From Alphaproteobacteria bacterium (GTDB lineage: Bacteria > Pseudomonadota > Alphaproteobacteria > MPNO01): a DNA stretch of 64,000 nt. Every line of letters starts with the position of its first letter. Within the stretch, counting starts at the first letter, position 1. The notes beneath the pieces are model-generated. The model was not told the DNA's origin. It saw nothing but the letters and a program-made list of their open reading frames with translations, and did no database searches. A program made the translations under genes and the position numbers. The stretch is taken from NCBI GenBank assembly GCA_965248835.1, contig CBDFLJ010000001.1, positions 128,001 through 192,000 of the forward strand. The letters run 5' to 3'. This document shows positions 38,129 through 47,879 of this stretch, piece by piece.

Positions 38129-40885
38129 ATGCTGACGCTGGGCACGCTCGGCTTTGCTTCACCCTGGATCCTGCTGGCCGGGCTGAGCCTGCCGGTGATC
38201 TGGTGGCTGCTTCGGGTCACGCCGCCCGCGCCGAGATTGGTGAATTTCCCCGCCGCCCGGCTGCTTCTCGCTCTGCGCTCGGCGGAGGAACAGCCGGCGC
38301 GCACGCCGCTGTGGCTGGTGATCCTGCGCATCCTGCTCGCGGCCTTGATCATCCTCGCCCTGGCCGAGCCGATCTTCAACCCGCCGGCGGCGCTGCGCGG
38401 CTCGGGTCCGCTGGTGCTGGTGATCGACAACGGCTGGGCGGCGGCGCAGAACTGGCAGGAACGCCGGCAGGCATGGGAAGCGCTGGTCGACCAGGCCGAT
38501 CGCGAGAACCGCCCCGTCCATCTGATCGCTACCGCCCGCACCGAGCGCGACATGCCCATCGCGTTCTCCGATCCGCTGCGCCCCGACGAGGCTCGCGAGG
38601 TCCTGCGGGCGATCCATCCGGTCCCGTGGAAATCCGACTACGCGGCCGTGCTGGCCGCCGCCGAGGCGCTCGGCGTGGAAGGCTCGGCCCATGTCACGTG
38701 GCTGTCCGACGGCATCGACGGCGAGGGGGCGGTCCGCCTTGCCGAGCGGCTGCAGCGTCTGGGAAGCCTCGAATTGATGACCGGGAACGCGGACGGCACC
38801 GCGCGGCTCATCGATCCGCCCGAGGGCGATTCCCAAGGTCTCGACATATCGGTCCGGCGCGCTTACGGCGCCGGCAAGACGTCGTCCTGGGTGCGCGCGG
38901 TCGCGCCGGACGGGCGCGTGCTGGCGCGCGGCGAGGCGGTCTTCGAGGACAGCGCGCGGCGCGCGAAGGTCCGCTTGGCACTGCCCGGCGCACTGCGCAA
39001 CGCAGCGGCCAGGCTCCAGATCGAGAACCAGACGACGGCCGGCGGGACCTTCCTGCTCGACGAGCGCTGGCGCCGCCGGCCCGTCGGCACGGTCTCCGGC
39101 GGATCGATCGAGGCCGATCAGCCGCTGTTGAGCGCGCTCTACTACCTCGAGCGTGCGTTGCGGCCGTTCAGCGACGTCACCCGCGGTACCATTGCCGACC
39201 TCCTGGCCCGGAACTTCGCGGTGATCGTCCTCGCCGATATCGGCAAGCTCGGCACCGGCGAAGCCGGCCGGCTTGGTGCCTGGGTCGAGCGCGGTGGAGT
39301 CGCCGTGCGGTTCGCCGGGCCAAGGCTCGCGCGCGGCGCGGACGCCTTGCTGCCGGTCAAGCTGCGCCGCGGCGGGCGGGCGCTCGGCGGCGCCCTGTCC
39401 TGGACCAAGCCGGCGCTGCTGTCCCCGTTCGCCGAATCCTCGCCGTTCTTCGGTCTGCCCGTTCCGGGGGACGTCAGGGTGCGGCGCCAGGTTCTGGCCG
39501 AGCCGTCGCTGGCGCTGAACGACAGGACCTGGGCGCGGCTGACCGACGGCACGCCCTTGGTCACCGCCGAGCGGCGCGGCAAGGGCTGGCTGATCCTGGT
39601 GCACACCACCGCCAACACCGACTGGTCGAACCTGCCGATTTCGGGGCTGTTCGTGGAAATGCTTCGCCGGGTGGTCAATCTCTCCCAGGGCGTGGTCGGC
39701 CATGACCCGAACGCGGTGCTGCCGCCGCTGCTCACGCTGGACGGGTTCGGCCTGCTGGGCGAGCCGCCCGCCGCGGCTGCGGCGGTCTCGACCGAGGCCC
39801 TGGCCGGATCGCGGATCGGGCCGCGCTCTCCGCCGGGCTATTATGGCAGCGATACCGCCAGGCACGCGCTCAACCTGGCGCCGGCGGTCGAGGCTTTCGA
39901 GCCGCTTGGCAGCTTGCCGGCGGGCGTCTCGCGAACCGGCTACGGCCGCGATTCGGCGATCACCATGAAGCACTGGCTGCTGGTCGCGGCTTTGGCGCTG
40001 GCGATCGCCGATACGGTGATCGGGCTGGTGATGCGCGGCCTGGTGCGGCTGCGCCCGGCCCGGGTCGTGGCGGCGAGCGCGATCGTCCTGTTGTCGCTGA
40101 TGCCGGGCGGCCCGTCGGAGGCGCAAACCCGTGTCGGCGGGCAGGTGCCGGCCGGTCTGGATGCCAAGGCCTTGCTGGCGACCCTGGAGACCCGGCTGGG
40201 CTACGTCCTGACCGGGGATTCGCCGGTGGACTCGGTCTCCAGGGCCGGGCTGTCCAGCCTGAGTGCGGTTCTGCGGCAGCGCACCGCCGTCGAGCCCGGC
40301 GAGCCGCTCGGGGTCAATATAGAATCCGATGAGCTGGCTTTCTTTCCGCTGCTCTACTGGGCGGTCTCCACCCGCCAGAGGCCGCCGTCGGACCGGGCGC
40401 TGGAGAAGCTCAACCAGTATCTGCGCAGCGGCGGCACGATCCTGTTCGACACCCGCGAGCGCGGCGATTTCACAACCGGCGCGTTCGCCGGCTCCGGGGC
40501 GGCGAGCCGGCATCTGCGCAGCCTGCTTCGCGGGCTCGACATTCCGATGCTGATCCCCGTCCCGCGCGATCACGTGCTGACCAAGGCGTTCTATCTGATA
40601 TCGGATTTTCCCGGGCGTTGGACCGGCGGCCGGGTCTGGGTCGAGCGCCGCGGCGGGCAGCACAACGACGGTGTGTCCTCGGTCGCCATCGGCTCGAACG
40701 ATTGGGCCTCGGCCTGGGCGGTCGACCGGTTCGGCAATCCCATGTTCCCCACCGTCCCGGGCGGCGAGCGCCAGCGCGAGATGGCCTTCCGGTTCGGCGT
40801 CAACTGGGTGATGTACGCGCTGACCGGCAATTACAAGACCGATCAGGTCCACGTGCCCGCGATCATCGAGCGGTTGGGCCAATGA
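38129..40885 (+). CDS. BatA N-terminal / DUF4159 domain membrane protein
   Basis: WWLLRVTPPAP..RTPLWL; C-terminal FFPLLYW, GNYKTDQVHV. Confidence 0.9.
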   Translation: MLTLGTLGFASPWILLAGLSLPVIWWLLRVTPPAPRLVNFPAARLLLALRSAEEQPARTPLWLVILRILLAALIILALAEPIFNPPAALRGSGPLVLVIDNGWAAAQNWQERRQAWEALVDQADRENRPVHLIATARTERDMPIAFSDPLRPDEAREVLRAIHPVPWKSDYAAVLAAAEALGVEGSAHVTWLSDGIDGEGAVRLAERLQRLGSLELMTGNADGTARLIDPPEGDSQGLDISVRRAYGAGKTSSWVRAVAPDGRVLARGEAVFEDSARRAKVRLALPGALRNAAARLQIENQTTAGGTFLLDERWRRRPVGTVSGGSIEADQPLLSALYYLERALRPFSDVTRGTIADLLARNFAVIVLADIGKLGTGEAGRLGAWVERGGVAVRFAGPRLARGADALLPVKLRRGGRALGGALSWTKPALLSPFAESSPFFGLPVPGDVRVRRQVLAEPSLALNDRTWARLTDGTPLVTAERRGKGWLILVHTTANTDWSNLPISGLFVEMLRRVVNLSQGVVGHDPNAVLPPLLTLDGFGLLGEPPAAAAAVSTEALAGSRIGPRSPPGYYGSDTARHALNLAPAVEAFEPLGSLPAGVSRTGYGRDSAITMKHWLLVAALALAIADTVIGLVMRGLVRLRPARVVAASAIVLLSLMPGGPSEAQTRVGGQVPAGLDAKALLATLETRLGYVLTGDSPVDSVSRAGLSSLSAVLRQRTAVEPGEPLGVNIESDELAFFPLLYWAVSTRQRPPSDRALEKLNQYLRSGGTILFDTRERGDFTTGAFAGSGAASRHLRSLLRGLDIPMLIPVPRDHVLTKAFYLISDFPGRWTGGRVWVERRGGQHNDGVSSVAIGSNDWASAWAVDRFGNPMFPTVPGGERQREMAFRFGVNWVMYALTGNYKTDQVHVPAIIERLGQ

Positions 40886-42945
40886 CCAGCGTCGCCTTCG
40901 CCCCGCTGGTCGATTGGACGGTGCTGTCGGCGCTCGGCGGGCTCGCGCTCCTCGTGCTGGCGCTCGGCGCGTTCAGGCGCGCGCGCGGGACGGCGTGGCG
41001 GGCCGCGGCCATCGCGCTGTTGTGGCTTGCGCTTGCCAACCCCGCTCTGGTCGAGGAGGAGCGCGAGCCGATCCCCGACCTGGTTACGGTGGTCGTCGAC
41101 GATTCGCTCAGCCAGGGAATCGACGGACGCGAGGCGCGTACGGCCGAGGCGCTGGAGCGGATCACCGACCGGCTGGGCAAGTACGACGGTCTCGATGTCC
41201 GTGTCGTGCGCGCCGGCGCGAAGGCCGGCGAGTCGGCGGCATCGGCCGAGGACACGCGGCTGTTCGAGGCCATCGGGCGGAGCCTTTCCAACGTTCCGCG
41301 CCGCCGCATGGCGGCGACGATCCTGCTGACCGACGGGCAGGTCCACGACGTGCCCGAACAAGGCGACGCGCTGTCCTTCGGGGGGCCGTTGCACGTCGTG
41401 CTGACCGGCAAGCGCGTGGAACATGACCGGATCCTGTTCATCGACAGCGCGCCGGGCTTCGCCCTGGTCGGCAAGAAGGCGACTATCCGGGTGCGCATCG
41501 AGGACGACAGCGCCGATGGCGGGCTCGCCCGGCTGACGGTCTCCCGCGGCGGCCGGATTCATCAACGGCTTACCGTGCCGATCGGCGTGGTCCACGACCT
41601 TGAGGTCGAGATCGACCGTGCCGGCGCCAACATCGTCGAGCTCGAAGTCGCCGGCCGCGCCGACGAGCTGACGATGCTCAACAACCGCAACCTGGTCGAG
41701 ATCAGCGGCGTGCGCGAGCGCCTGAGGGTGTTGCTGGTCTCCGGCGAGCCGCACCCGGGCGAGCGGGTCTGGCGCAACTTCCTGAAGGCCGATCCGTCGG
41801 TCGATCTGGTCCATTTCACCATCTTGCGGCCGCCCGAAAAGCATGACGCGACCCCGGTGCGCGAGCTGTCGCTGATCGCCTTTCCGATCCGCGAGCTGTT
41901 CGAGGTCAAGTTGGAAGACTTCGATCTGATCATCTTCGACCGCTATCGCCGGCGCGGCGTGCTGCCGGGGGTCTATCTGGAAAACATCGTCAAATTCGTA
42001 GAGAACGGCGGTGCGGTGCTGGAGGCAGCCGGGCCGTCCTATGCTTCCGCGCTCAGCCTGCACCGGACGCCCCTCGGCGCGATCCTGCCGGGCGCGCCGA
42101 CCGGCCGGGTCTTCGAGCGCGGGCTCAAGCCGATCGTCTCCGATATCGGGCAGCGCCATCCGGTGACTGCCGAACTGCTCGGCGCGGCCGGCGACCGGTC
42201 GCGCTGGGGCCGCTGGTTCCGCCAGATCGAGGTCGAGGCGACGCGCGGCCTGACCCTGATGAGCGGCGCCGAGGCCAAGCCGCTCCTGATCGTCGACCGG
42301 GTCGGCAAGGGCCGGGTTGCCCAGCTTCTGAGCGATCATATCTGGCTGTGGGCGCGCGGCTTCGAGACCGGCGGGCCGCATTCGCAGATCCTGCGTCGGC
42401 TGTCTCATTGGCTGATGAAGGAGCCGGAACTGGAGGAGTACGACCTCCGCGCGGTCTCCGACCATCGCGGGCTGACGATCCTCCGGCGCAGCATCGAGCC
42501 CGATCATCCGCCGGTCCAGGTGACGGCGCCCTCGGGCAAGACCACGACCGTTGCGCTGGACCCGGGGCCGGGCGGCCGGGCGCGCGCGCGGACTCCGGTC
42601 GATGAGGTCGGGCTGTATCGCGTCAGCGACGGACAGCGTACAGCCCTGGTCGCGGTCGGCAGCGTCAACCCGGTCGAGTTCTCCGACATGCGCACCTCGC
42701 CGCGGCGCCTGGAACGGTTGGTCCGCGCGACCGGCGGGGGGATCGGCTGGCTCGAGGACGGCCTGCCGTCGTTCAGGCGCGTGCGGGCCGGGCGCGACGC
42801 GGCCGGCAGCGGCTGGTTCGGGCTGGTCGCCAACCGCGACTACCGCGTGCTCAGCATCGTCGAGGTGCCGTTCCTGCCCGGGTTGGTGGTGCTGATCCTG
42901 GGCCTGGGCGCGCTGATGCTCGCGTGGCGGCGCGAGGGGTCCTGA
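40882..42945 (+). CDS. Conserved membrane protein with glutamine-amidotransferase-like domain (MoxR operon)
   Basis: LLTDGQVHD, LLVSGEPHPGER.WRN.LKADPSVDLVHFTILRPPEK, WRREG; ATGA overlap. Confidence 0.88.
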   Translation: MTSVAFAPLVDWTVLSALGGLALLVLALGAFRRARGTAWRAAAIALLWLALANPALVEEEREPIPDLVTVVVDDSLSQGIDGREARTAEALERITDRLGKYDGLDVRVVRAGAKAGESAASAEDTRLFEAIGRSLSNVPRRRMAATILLTDGQVHDVPEQGDALSFGGPLHVVLTGKRVEHDRILFIDSAPGFALVGKKATIRVRIEDDSADGGLARLTVSRGGRIHQRLTVPIGVVHDLEVEIDRAGANIVELEVAGRADELTMLNNRNLVEISGVRERLRVLLVSGEPHPGERVWRNFLKADPSVDLVHFTILRPPEKHDATPVRELSLIAFPIRELFEVKLEDFDLIIFDRYRRRGVLPGVYLENIVKFVENGGAVLEAAGPSYASALSLHRTPLGAILPGAPTGRVFERGLKPIVSDIGQRHPVTAELLGAAGDRSRWGRWFRQIEVEATRGLTLMSGAEAKPLLIVDRVGKGRVAQLLSDHIWLWARGFETGGPHSQILRRLSHWLMKEPELEEYDLRAVSDHRGLTILRRSIEPDHPPVQVTAPSGKTTTVALDPGPGGRARARTPVDEVGLYRVSDGQRTALVAVGSVNPVEFSDMRTSPRRLERLVRATGGGIGWLEDGLPSFRRVRAGRDAAGSGWFGLVANRDYRVLSIVEVPFLPGLVVLILGLGALMLAWRREGS

Positions 42946-42985
42946 ACCGCGCCGCGCCCGCGGCCGCGATGGGGAACGCAGCCGG

Positions 42986-43117
42986 CTATTGGAAGCCGAG
43001 GCCGCTGCAGACCGCGAGCACGATGTTCTGGATCAGATAGACGTCCTTGACCAGCGGCAGCGACACCGCGCCGAGGAGCAGAAGGCCGCCGACCAGAATG
43101 TATTCGCTCTTGCCCAA
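42986..43117 (-). CDS. Putative 43-aa hydrophobic small protein (not in ORF track)
   Basis: TTG start: (M)GKSEYILVGGLLLLGAVSLPLVKDVYLIQNIVLAVCSGLGFQ*; strong G/C third-position bias; weak RBS. Confidence 0.5.
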   Translation of the reverse strand: MGKSEYILVGGLLLLGAVSLPLVKDVYLIQNIVLAVCSGLGFQ

Positions 43118-43237
43118 GACCCGACCCGGAAAGGTACGGCCGTTCGCGCCGGCCGGACAGCGCAATCAATCTGAGAGATGAATGTAGACCCTGCGCAATG
43201 CGAAGGCCAGCCTGCGAATCGGCTTGAAACCGGGCCT

Positions 43238-43265
43238 TTGAAATAGGATACTGACCGCTTAGTAT
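43238..43265 (+). promoter_or_regulatory. Putative promoter with overlapping TetR-type operator ATACTGACCGCTTAGTAT
   Basis: TTGAAA (-35-like) and TAGTAT (-10-like); imperfect palindrome at 43248-43265 upstream of the TetR gene. Confidence 0.55.
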
Positions 43266-43301
43266 GTAAATATACCCGTGCGCAGGGAAACCACGGCCAC
43301 C

Positions 43302-44012
43302 ATGGCGACGATCGCACCGCTGCAAGCCGAGCCCCGCCCGGCCGCACCCGCGGCAAGGCGCGGTCCGCGGACCAAGAAGGAACAGCGCCGGGTGTCGACC
43401 GAGCGGCTGCTGGCGGCGGCGCTCAGGCTGTTCATCACGCAGGGCTACCTCGCCACCTCGGTCGAGGAGATCGGCCGCGCCGCGGACCTGACCAAGGGCG
43501 CGGTCTATTTCTATTTCGGCGCCAAGGCGCGGCTGTTGCTGGCCTTGCTGGACCGGGCCGAGGCGCTGACGGTGGAGCCGACGATCGCCGCGGTCCGGCA
43601 ACGCGACGGCTCGGCGCGGGACAGGCTGGTCGCCTTCATGCACTCGCAGTCGAGCGTGGGCGCCGAGCACGGCGCGCTGATGATGCTGGCGATCCTGATG
43701 GCGACCGAGTTCCACGGCTCGGGCGATCCGATCGAGCACCGGCTGGACGGATTGATGGGCCGGCTCGCCGCGCTCCTGGAAGAGATCGTCGAGCAGGGAA
43801 GGCGCGAGGGGGTGCTGCGTGCGGACCTCGGGGCGCGCGAGACCGCGAGCATGCTGATGGCGGTCAATCAGGGATGTTTCGTCGAGTGGTACCGCCGCGG
43901 CCGCGACCTCGACGGTCCGGGCTTCGTGCGCGCCATGCGCACGATCGTGCTCGACGGGGTGGGTGCGGGCGGGCACGGCGCGTTAAGCGAATCGGAAGCG
44001 GGAGAAAGCTGA
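43302..44012 (+). CDS. TetR-family regulator heading the Paa-like operon (alternative GTG start 43278)
   Basis: ERLLAAALRLFITQGY.ATSVEEIGRAADLTKGAVYFYF. Confidence 0.92.
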   Translation: MATIAPLQAEPRPAAPAARRGPRTKKEQRRVSTERLLAAALRLFITQGYLATSVEEIGRAADLTKGAVYFYFGAKARLLLALLDRAEALTVEPTIAAVRQRDGSARDRLVAFMHSQSSVGAEHGALMMLAILMATEFHGSGDPIEHRLDGLMGRLAALLEEIVEQGRREGVLRADLGARETASMLMAVNQGCFVEWYRRGRDLDGPGFVRAMRTIVLDGVGAGGHGALSESEAGES

Positions 44013-44013
44013 C

Positions 44014-44970
44014 ATGGCAACGTCGATCAAGTCCGATCCGGCCGGAGACGCGCGCGAGCGCGCGCTGCAGGAGCGCATCAAGGCCGGCTTCGTGCTGGAG
44101 GATGAAGACGAGATGACGCCGCGCTATCGCGACGTGCTGGTCAACACGATCCACATCGCCGCCGATCTGGAGGTGGTGACGCTGCCGACCTATTCGCCGG
44201 CGATCAGGACTTCGCCGACGTTGGAGGACAAGATCGCCATCGCCGCAGCCTGCCAGGACGAGCTCGGCCACGCCCAGGTGATGTACCGGATCCTCGAGGA
44301 TTTCGGCTACGACACCCACGACTTCCTGTTCGAGCGCGACCCTGAGAAGTGGCGCACCTTCCAGATGCTGGAGTTCCCGCACGAGGACTATATCGAGTCC
44401 GTGGTCTCGATGTGCTACGGCGACCGTGCCGGCTACATCACCACGACCGATCTGGAGGAAAGCTGCTCTTATGCGCCGTTCGCCCGCTCGCTGCGCAAGG
44501 TGAACTTCGAGGAGACCTTCCACGTCGGTCACGGCGAGCGCTGGGTCCGGTTCTTTTTCAACTATACCGCCGAAACCCGCCGGCGGGTGCAGGAGGCGGT
44601 CGATTTCTACTTCCCGCTCTGCGCGTCCTGGTTCGGCATGCCCGACCATCTGAAGACCCGGACCGATCAGATCTCCTACAAGATCCGCGGCGCCTCCAAC
44701 GACGAGATGCGCCAGAAATGGATGTCCGAGATCGTGCCCTATTCGGAAAGCGTCGGCATCAAGGTGCCGGCCCATTTCGACGAGGAGACCGGCAAGTACG
44801 TGCTCGACTACGAGCCCCCGATCCATCTCGACGAGGAGACCCGGACCTGGCACTACGACCGGCAGATCACCTGGGAAGAGCAGCTCAAGGTCTGGAAGAC
44901 GGGCTCCAGGCACAAGGTCCCCTCGATCACCCGGGTGCAGCAGGAGGTCTGGGGCAAGGACCTCTGGTAA
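44014..44970 (+). CDS. paaA: PaaA-like ferritin-fold diiron monooxygenase catalytic subunit (divergent)
   Basis: GFVLEDEDEMTPRYR; ligand motifs ADLE, QDELGH, DRAG, EETFH; SCSYAPFARSL; SNDEMRQKW. Confidence 0.85.
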   Translation: MATSIKSDPAGDARERALQERIKAGFVLEDEDEMTPRYRDVLVNTIHIAADLEVVTLPTYSPAIRTSPTLEDKIAIAAACQDELGHAQVMYRILEDFGYDTHDFLFERDPEKWRTFQMLEFPHEDYIESVVSMCYGDRAGYITTTDLEESCSYAPFARSLRKVNFEETFHVGHGERWVRFFFNYTAETRRRVQEAVDFYFPLCASWFGMPDHLKTRTDQISYKIRGASNDEMRQKWMSEIVPYSESVGIKVPAHFDEETGKYVLDYEPPIHLDEETRTWHYDRQITWEEQLKVWKTGSRHKVPSITRVQQEVWGKDLW

Positions 44971-44975
44971 GGACC

Positions 44976-45293
44976 GTGACGGCGACCCGCGATCAGGTGA
45001 TCGACGCGCTGGAGCGCGTCCACGACCCCCATGTGCCGGTGAGCCTGCGCCGCATGGGCATGCTGCGCGATATCGAAGTCGGGCCGGGCGGCGTGGTCAG
45101 CATCGCCGTCTGCATCCCGTGCATGGCCTGCCCCGGGACGGCGATGATCCGCGCCGGCATCGAGGAGGCGGTCGGTGCGCTCGACGGGGTCAGCGAAGTC
45201 CGCGTGCTCGAAGGATGGCACCTGCCGTGGTCGCGCGAGATGATCGAGCCCGAGGTGCGTGAGCTGATGCGCGCCAACGGCATCCAAGTCTGA
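44976..45293 (+). CDS. paaD: PaaD/DUF59-like metal-cluster assembly protein (N-terminal domain only)
   Basis: ALERVHDPHVPVSL..MGMLRDI, CIPCMACP, PWSREMI. Confidence 0.8.
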   Translation: MTATRDQVIDALERVHDPHVPVSLRRMGMLRDIEVGPGGVVSIAVCIPCMACPGTAMIRAGIEEAVGALDGVSEVRVLEGWHLPWSREMIEPEVRELMRANGIQV

Positions 45294-45308
45294 ACGAGCG
45301 AGCAAACG

Positions 45309-45572
45309 ATGACGGCAAGGCACAAGAAGATCGACCGGCCGCGCGAGCGCGGCGGAGTCGCGCCGAAATACTACGAGGTGTTCGCGCGCAGGACGTCGGC
45401 GGACGCGCTGGCGCATGTCGGCTCGGTCGAGGCGCCCAACGACGACCTCGCCCAGATCCGCGCCTGGTACATCTACGATCAGCACCGCTGGAAGGAGATG
45501 TGCGTGGTGCCGCTGGAGGCGATCATCACGGTCACCGAGCACGGCCGGTCCACCAAGATAAAGATGAACTGA
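45309..45572 (+). CDS. paaB: PaaB-like subunit
   Basis: YEVFARR..HVGSVEAP..LA..RA..Y..MCVVP. Confidence 0.8.
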   Translation: MTARHKKIDRPRERGGVAPKYYEVFARRTSADALAHVGSVEAPNDDLAQIRAWYIYDQHRWKEMCVVPLEAIITVTEHGRSTKIKMN

Positions 45573-45573
45573 G

Positions 45574-46356
45574 ATGACCTACAAAGTCGCGGAGCTCGAA
45601 ACCAGCCTCGATCCCGGGCTCGAGACGGACCTGCTGGCCATCGCCGACACCAAGCTGGTGCTGGGCAACTGGTATGCCGAATGCGTCATGAATGGCCGCT
45701 CGCTGCCCGATTTCGCCGGCATCCTCGGCATGTGCACGGTCAATTACGGCCACACCAGGGCGATCTACCAGCACCTCGACCGGCACGGCCACGACTACAA
45801 GCGACTCGAGCGCGGCCGCGGGGCGGACGAGATCCACGCGATGAACCTGCTGGACGCCGCGCCGACCGGCTGGGAGGATTTCATCCTCACCGTCTGGCTC
45901 GCCGAGCTTGCGACCTGGCAGCTCATCTCGGGCTATCTCGGCCATTCCGACCGGGCGGTCGCGGGCATCGCGCGGAAAATCGGCGAAGAGGCCTATTTCC
46001 ATCTCAAATACGCCCATGGCTGGATGCATATCATCGGCGAGGACGCCGATGAGCGCGCACGGTTCGCAGACGCGTTCGTGGCGCGCTACAAGCTGGCGCT
46101 GCAATGGCTCGGACCGGACTCCGCAACCGATCCGGTCTTCGATGCCGGCGAGCGCGACATGCCGCTTGCAGAAATCCGGGCGGCGTTCGTCGCCGAGGCC
46201 GGCAAGGCGGCCGAGCATCTGGGCGGCCCCGCGCTGGCGGTACCCGACCGGGCGGACCTGCCCGCCGATTGGCGCGACGACGCCCGCAGGCTCGGCCCGC
46301 TGCCGGCCGGGCTGTTCGAGGTCGTGCGCTTCAAGGACCCGGAGCTCGCCCATTGA
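45574..46356 (+). CDS. paaC: PaaC-like structural subunit
   Basis: LAIADTKLVLGNW, GHTRAIY, IARKIGEEAYFH..A..W. Confidence 0.8.
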   Translation: MTYKVAELETSLDPGLETDLLAIADTKLVLGNWYAECVMNGRSLPDFAGILGMCTVNYGHTRAIYQHLDRHGHDYKRLERGRGADEIHAMNLLDAAPTGWEDFILTVWLAELATWQLISGYLGHSDRAVAGIARKIGEEAYFHLKYAHGWMHIIGEDADERARFADAFVARYKLALQWLGPDSATDPVFDAGERDMPLAEIRAAFVAEAGKAAEHLGGPALAVPDRADLPADWRDDARRLGPLPAGLFEVVRFKDPELAH

Positions 46357-46577
46357 GCGCCGCGCGAGCCAACGCCGAGCACCGAGCCGTTCATTCCGGC
46401 GATCCCGACTTTGCGGGCGTGTGCTGCCCCGACTGCGAGGCAACCGATCTCGAAGTCGTTTCGCTGTTCGGCGGCGCGGCATCGGAGGTCCTGTTCCGCT
46501 GCAACCGCTGCACGAGCTGCTTCAACTGGATCAAATGGCAGGGCGCCCTGCCGCCCAGCGCCCACGGCCGCGATTAA
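46353..46577 (+). CDS. Stand-alone PaaD-type zinc-ribbon protein
   Basis: CPDCEAT....SLFGGAASEVLFRCNRCTSCFNWIKW parallels the PaaD C-terminal CPxC..FG....CxxC..F..K; TTGA overlap with paaC. Confidence 0.75.
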   Translation: MSAARANAEHRAVHSGDPDFAGVCCPDCEATDLEVVSLFGGAASEVLFRCNRCTSCFNWIKWQGALPPSAHGRD

Positions 46578-46606
46578 AATTCCTCAACCCGGGACCGCGG
46601 GCCGCC

Positions 46607-47737
46607 TCACCCCAGGGCGTCGGCGACGATGTCCCGAAAATCCGCCTCGTCGGGGCGCAGCGGTGCCGTGGCGTTGAAATGGGCCTTCGCGGCGTAGGCC
46701 GCGAGCGCGTCGAGATCGTTGCGGGGATAGCCCAGCGCACGCACGGAGTTCGACAGGCCGAGCCGCATGTTCAGACCGGTGATGCCGTCGGCGACGTCGG
46801 TTCCGGTCTCGAGGCCCATCGCATCGGCGACGGCATCGAGACGCTCACCAAGCGCGGCGTCGCCCTTGGCGCGGTAATAGCGCATCACCGCGGGCCCCGA
46901 GGCGGTGATCAGCGCGCCGTGGTGGAGCGGGCCGTCGGCGAAGGTGTGCCCCAGAGCGTGCACCGGGCCGAGCCCCATATAGATCGCCATGCCGCCTTCG
47001 AGCGCGGCCATCATCATGTGCCAGCGCGCCTCACGGTCGCCGCCGTCCGCATACGCGCGCTCGATATAGGCCGCCACGCGCCGAATGCCGTCGAGGGCGA
47101 CGGCCTCGAGCGGCGGGTTGGAGACGTTGGACAGAAAGCCCTCGATGCAGTGCCCCAGCGCATCCATCCCGGTCGCGGCGGTGAGCCCGGGCGGCAGGCT
47201 CAGGGTCAGATCCGGATCGCAGACCGCGACATCGGGTTTGACATGCGGGCTGCGGATGCCGAGCTGATGGGCGCCCGGGCTCGGGTGGATGCCGCCGCCG
47301 AAGGTGATCTCAGCGCCGGTGCCCGAAGTGGTCGGGACGCTCACATAGGGCGCGACGCCGGCGGTGATCTTCGACGGGTCCTCGAGATAGGCGATCACCG
47401 GCTCGGGATGCGTAGCGACCACGCGCAGAGCCTTGCCCGAATCGAGCACCGAGCCGCCGCCCAGCCCGACGATCCCGTCGCAGCCCCGTTCGCGGTAGAC
47501 CGCCAGCGCGCCTTCGATTCCGGCGATCGTCGGATTCGGCGGTATGCCGTCGAACACCGCCGCTTCGATACCGGCCGGCAGCGCCGCGCGTACCCTGTCG
47601 GCGATGCCGTGTGCGGCCAGCCCCTTGTCGGTGATGATCAGAGGTCGCGCGACGCCGCGGGCGGCGAGCACGCCGCCAAGATCCGCGATCGCACCGAACG
47701 CGAAATGCACCGGCGGCAGGCTGGGCAGAACCGTCAC
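46607..47737 (-). CDS. Iron-containing alcohol dehydrogenase
   Basis: GGGSVLDSGK, PTTSGTGAE, TGMDALGHCIE, HALGH, HHG. Confidence 0.92.
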   Translation of the reverse strand: MTVLPSLPPVHFAFGAIADLGGVLAARGVARPLIITDKGLAAHGIADRVRAALPAGIEAAVFDGIPPNPTIAGIEGALAVYRERGCDGIVGLGGGSVLDSGKALRVVATHPEPVIAYLEDPSKITAGVAPYVSVPTTSGTGAEITFGGGIHPSPGAHQLGIRSPHVKPDVAVCDPDLTLSLPPGLTAATGMDALGHCIEGFLSNVSNPPLEAVALDGIRRVAAYIERAYADGGDREARWHMMMAALEGGMAIYMGLGPVHALGHTFADGPLHHGALITASGPAVMRYYRAKGDAALGERLDAVADAMGLETGTDVADGITGLNMRLGLSNSVRALGYPRNDLDALAAYAAKAHFNATAPLRPDEADFRDIVADALG

Positions 47738-47879
47738 GTGTCTCGCTCCCCTGAAGTGTTCGAAACGGCGCATTGCCCCGGCGATGCCACCGCGTGGACC
47801 CCGGGATTGCCCATCGCTTGCGCCGTGTGTTCGGCGGCGATGGTCACCGTAAGGCGGCCGGCGAGGCCCGGCTGCAGCA

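Noticed and set aside
35607-42945. DUF1285 / MoxR-DUF58-BatA-DUF4159 operon as a novel system
   Set aside because: Poorly understood but widespread, and its arrangement next to nudix/cca is the usual alphaproteobacterial one.
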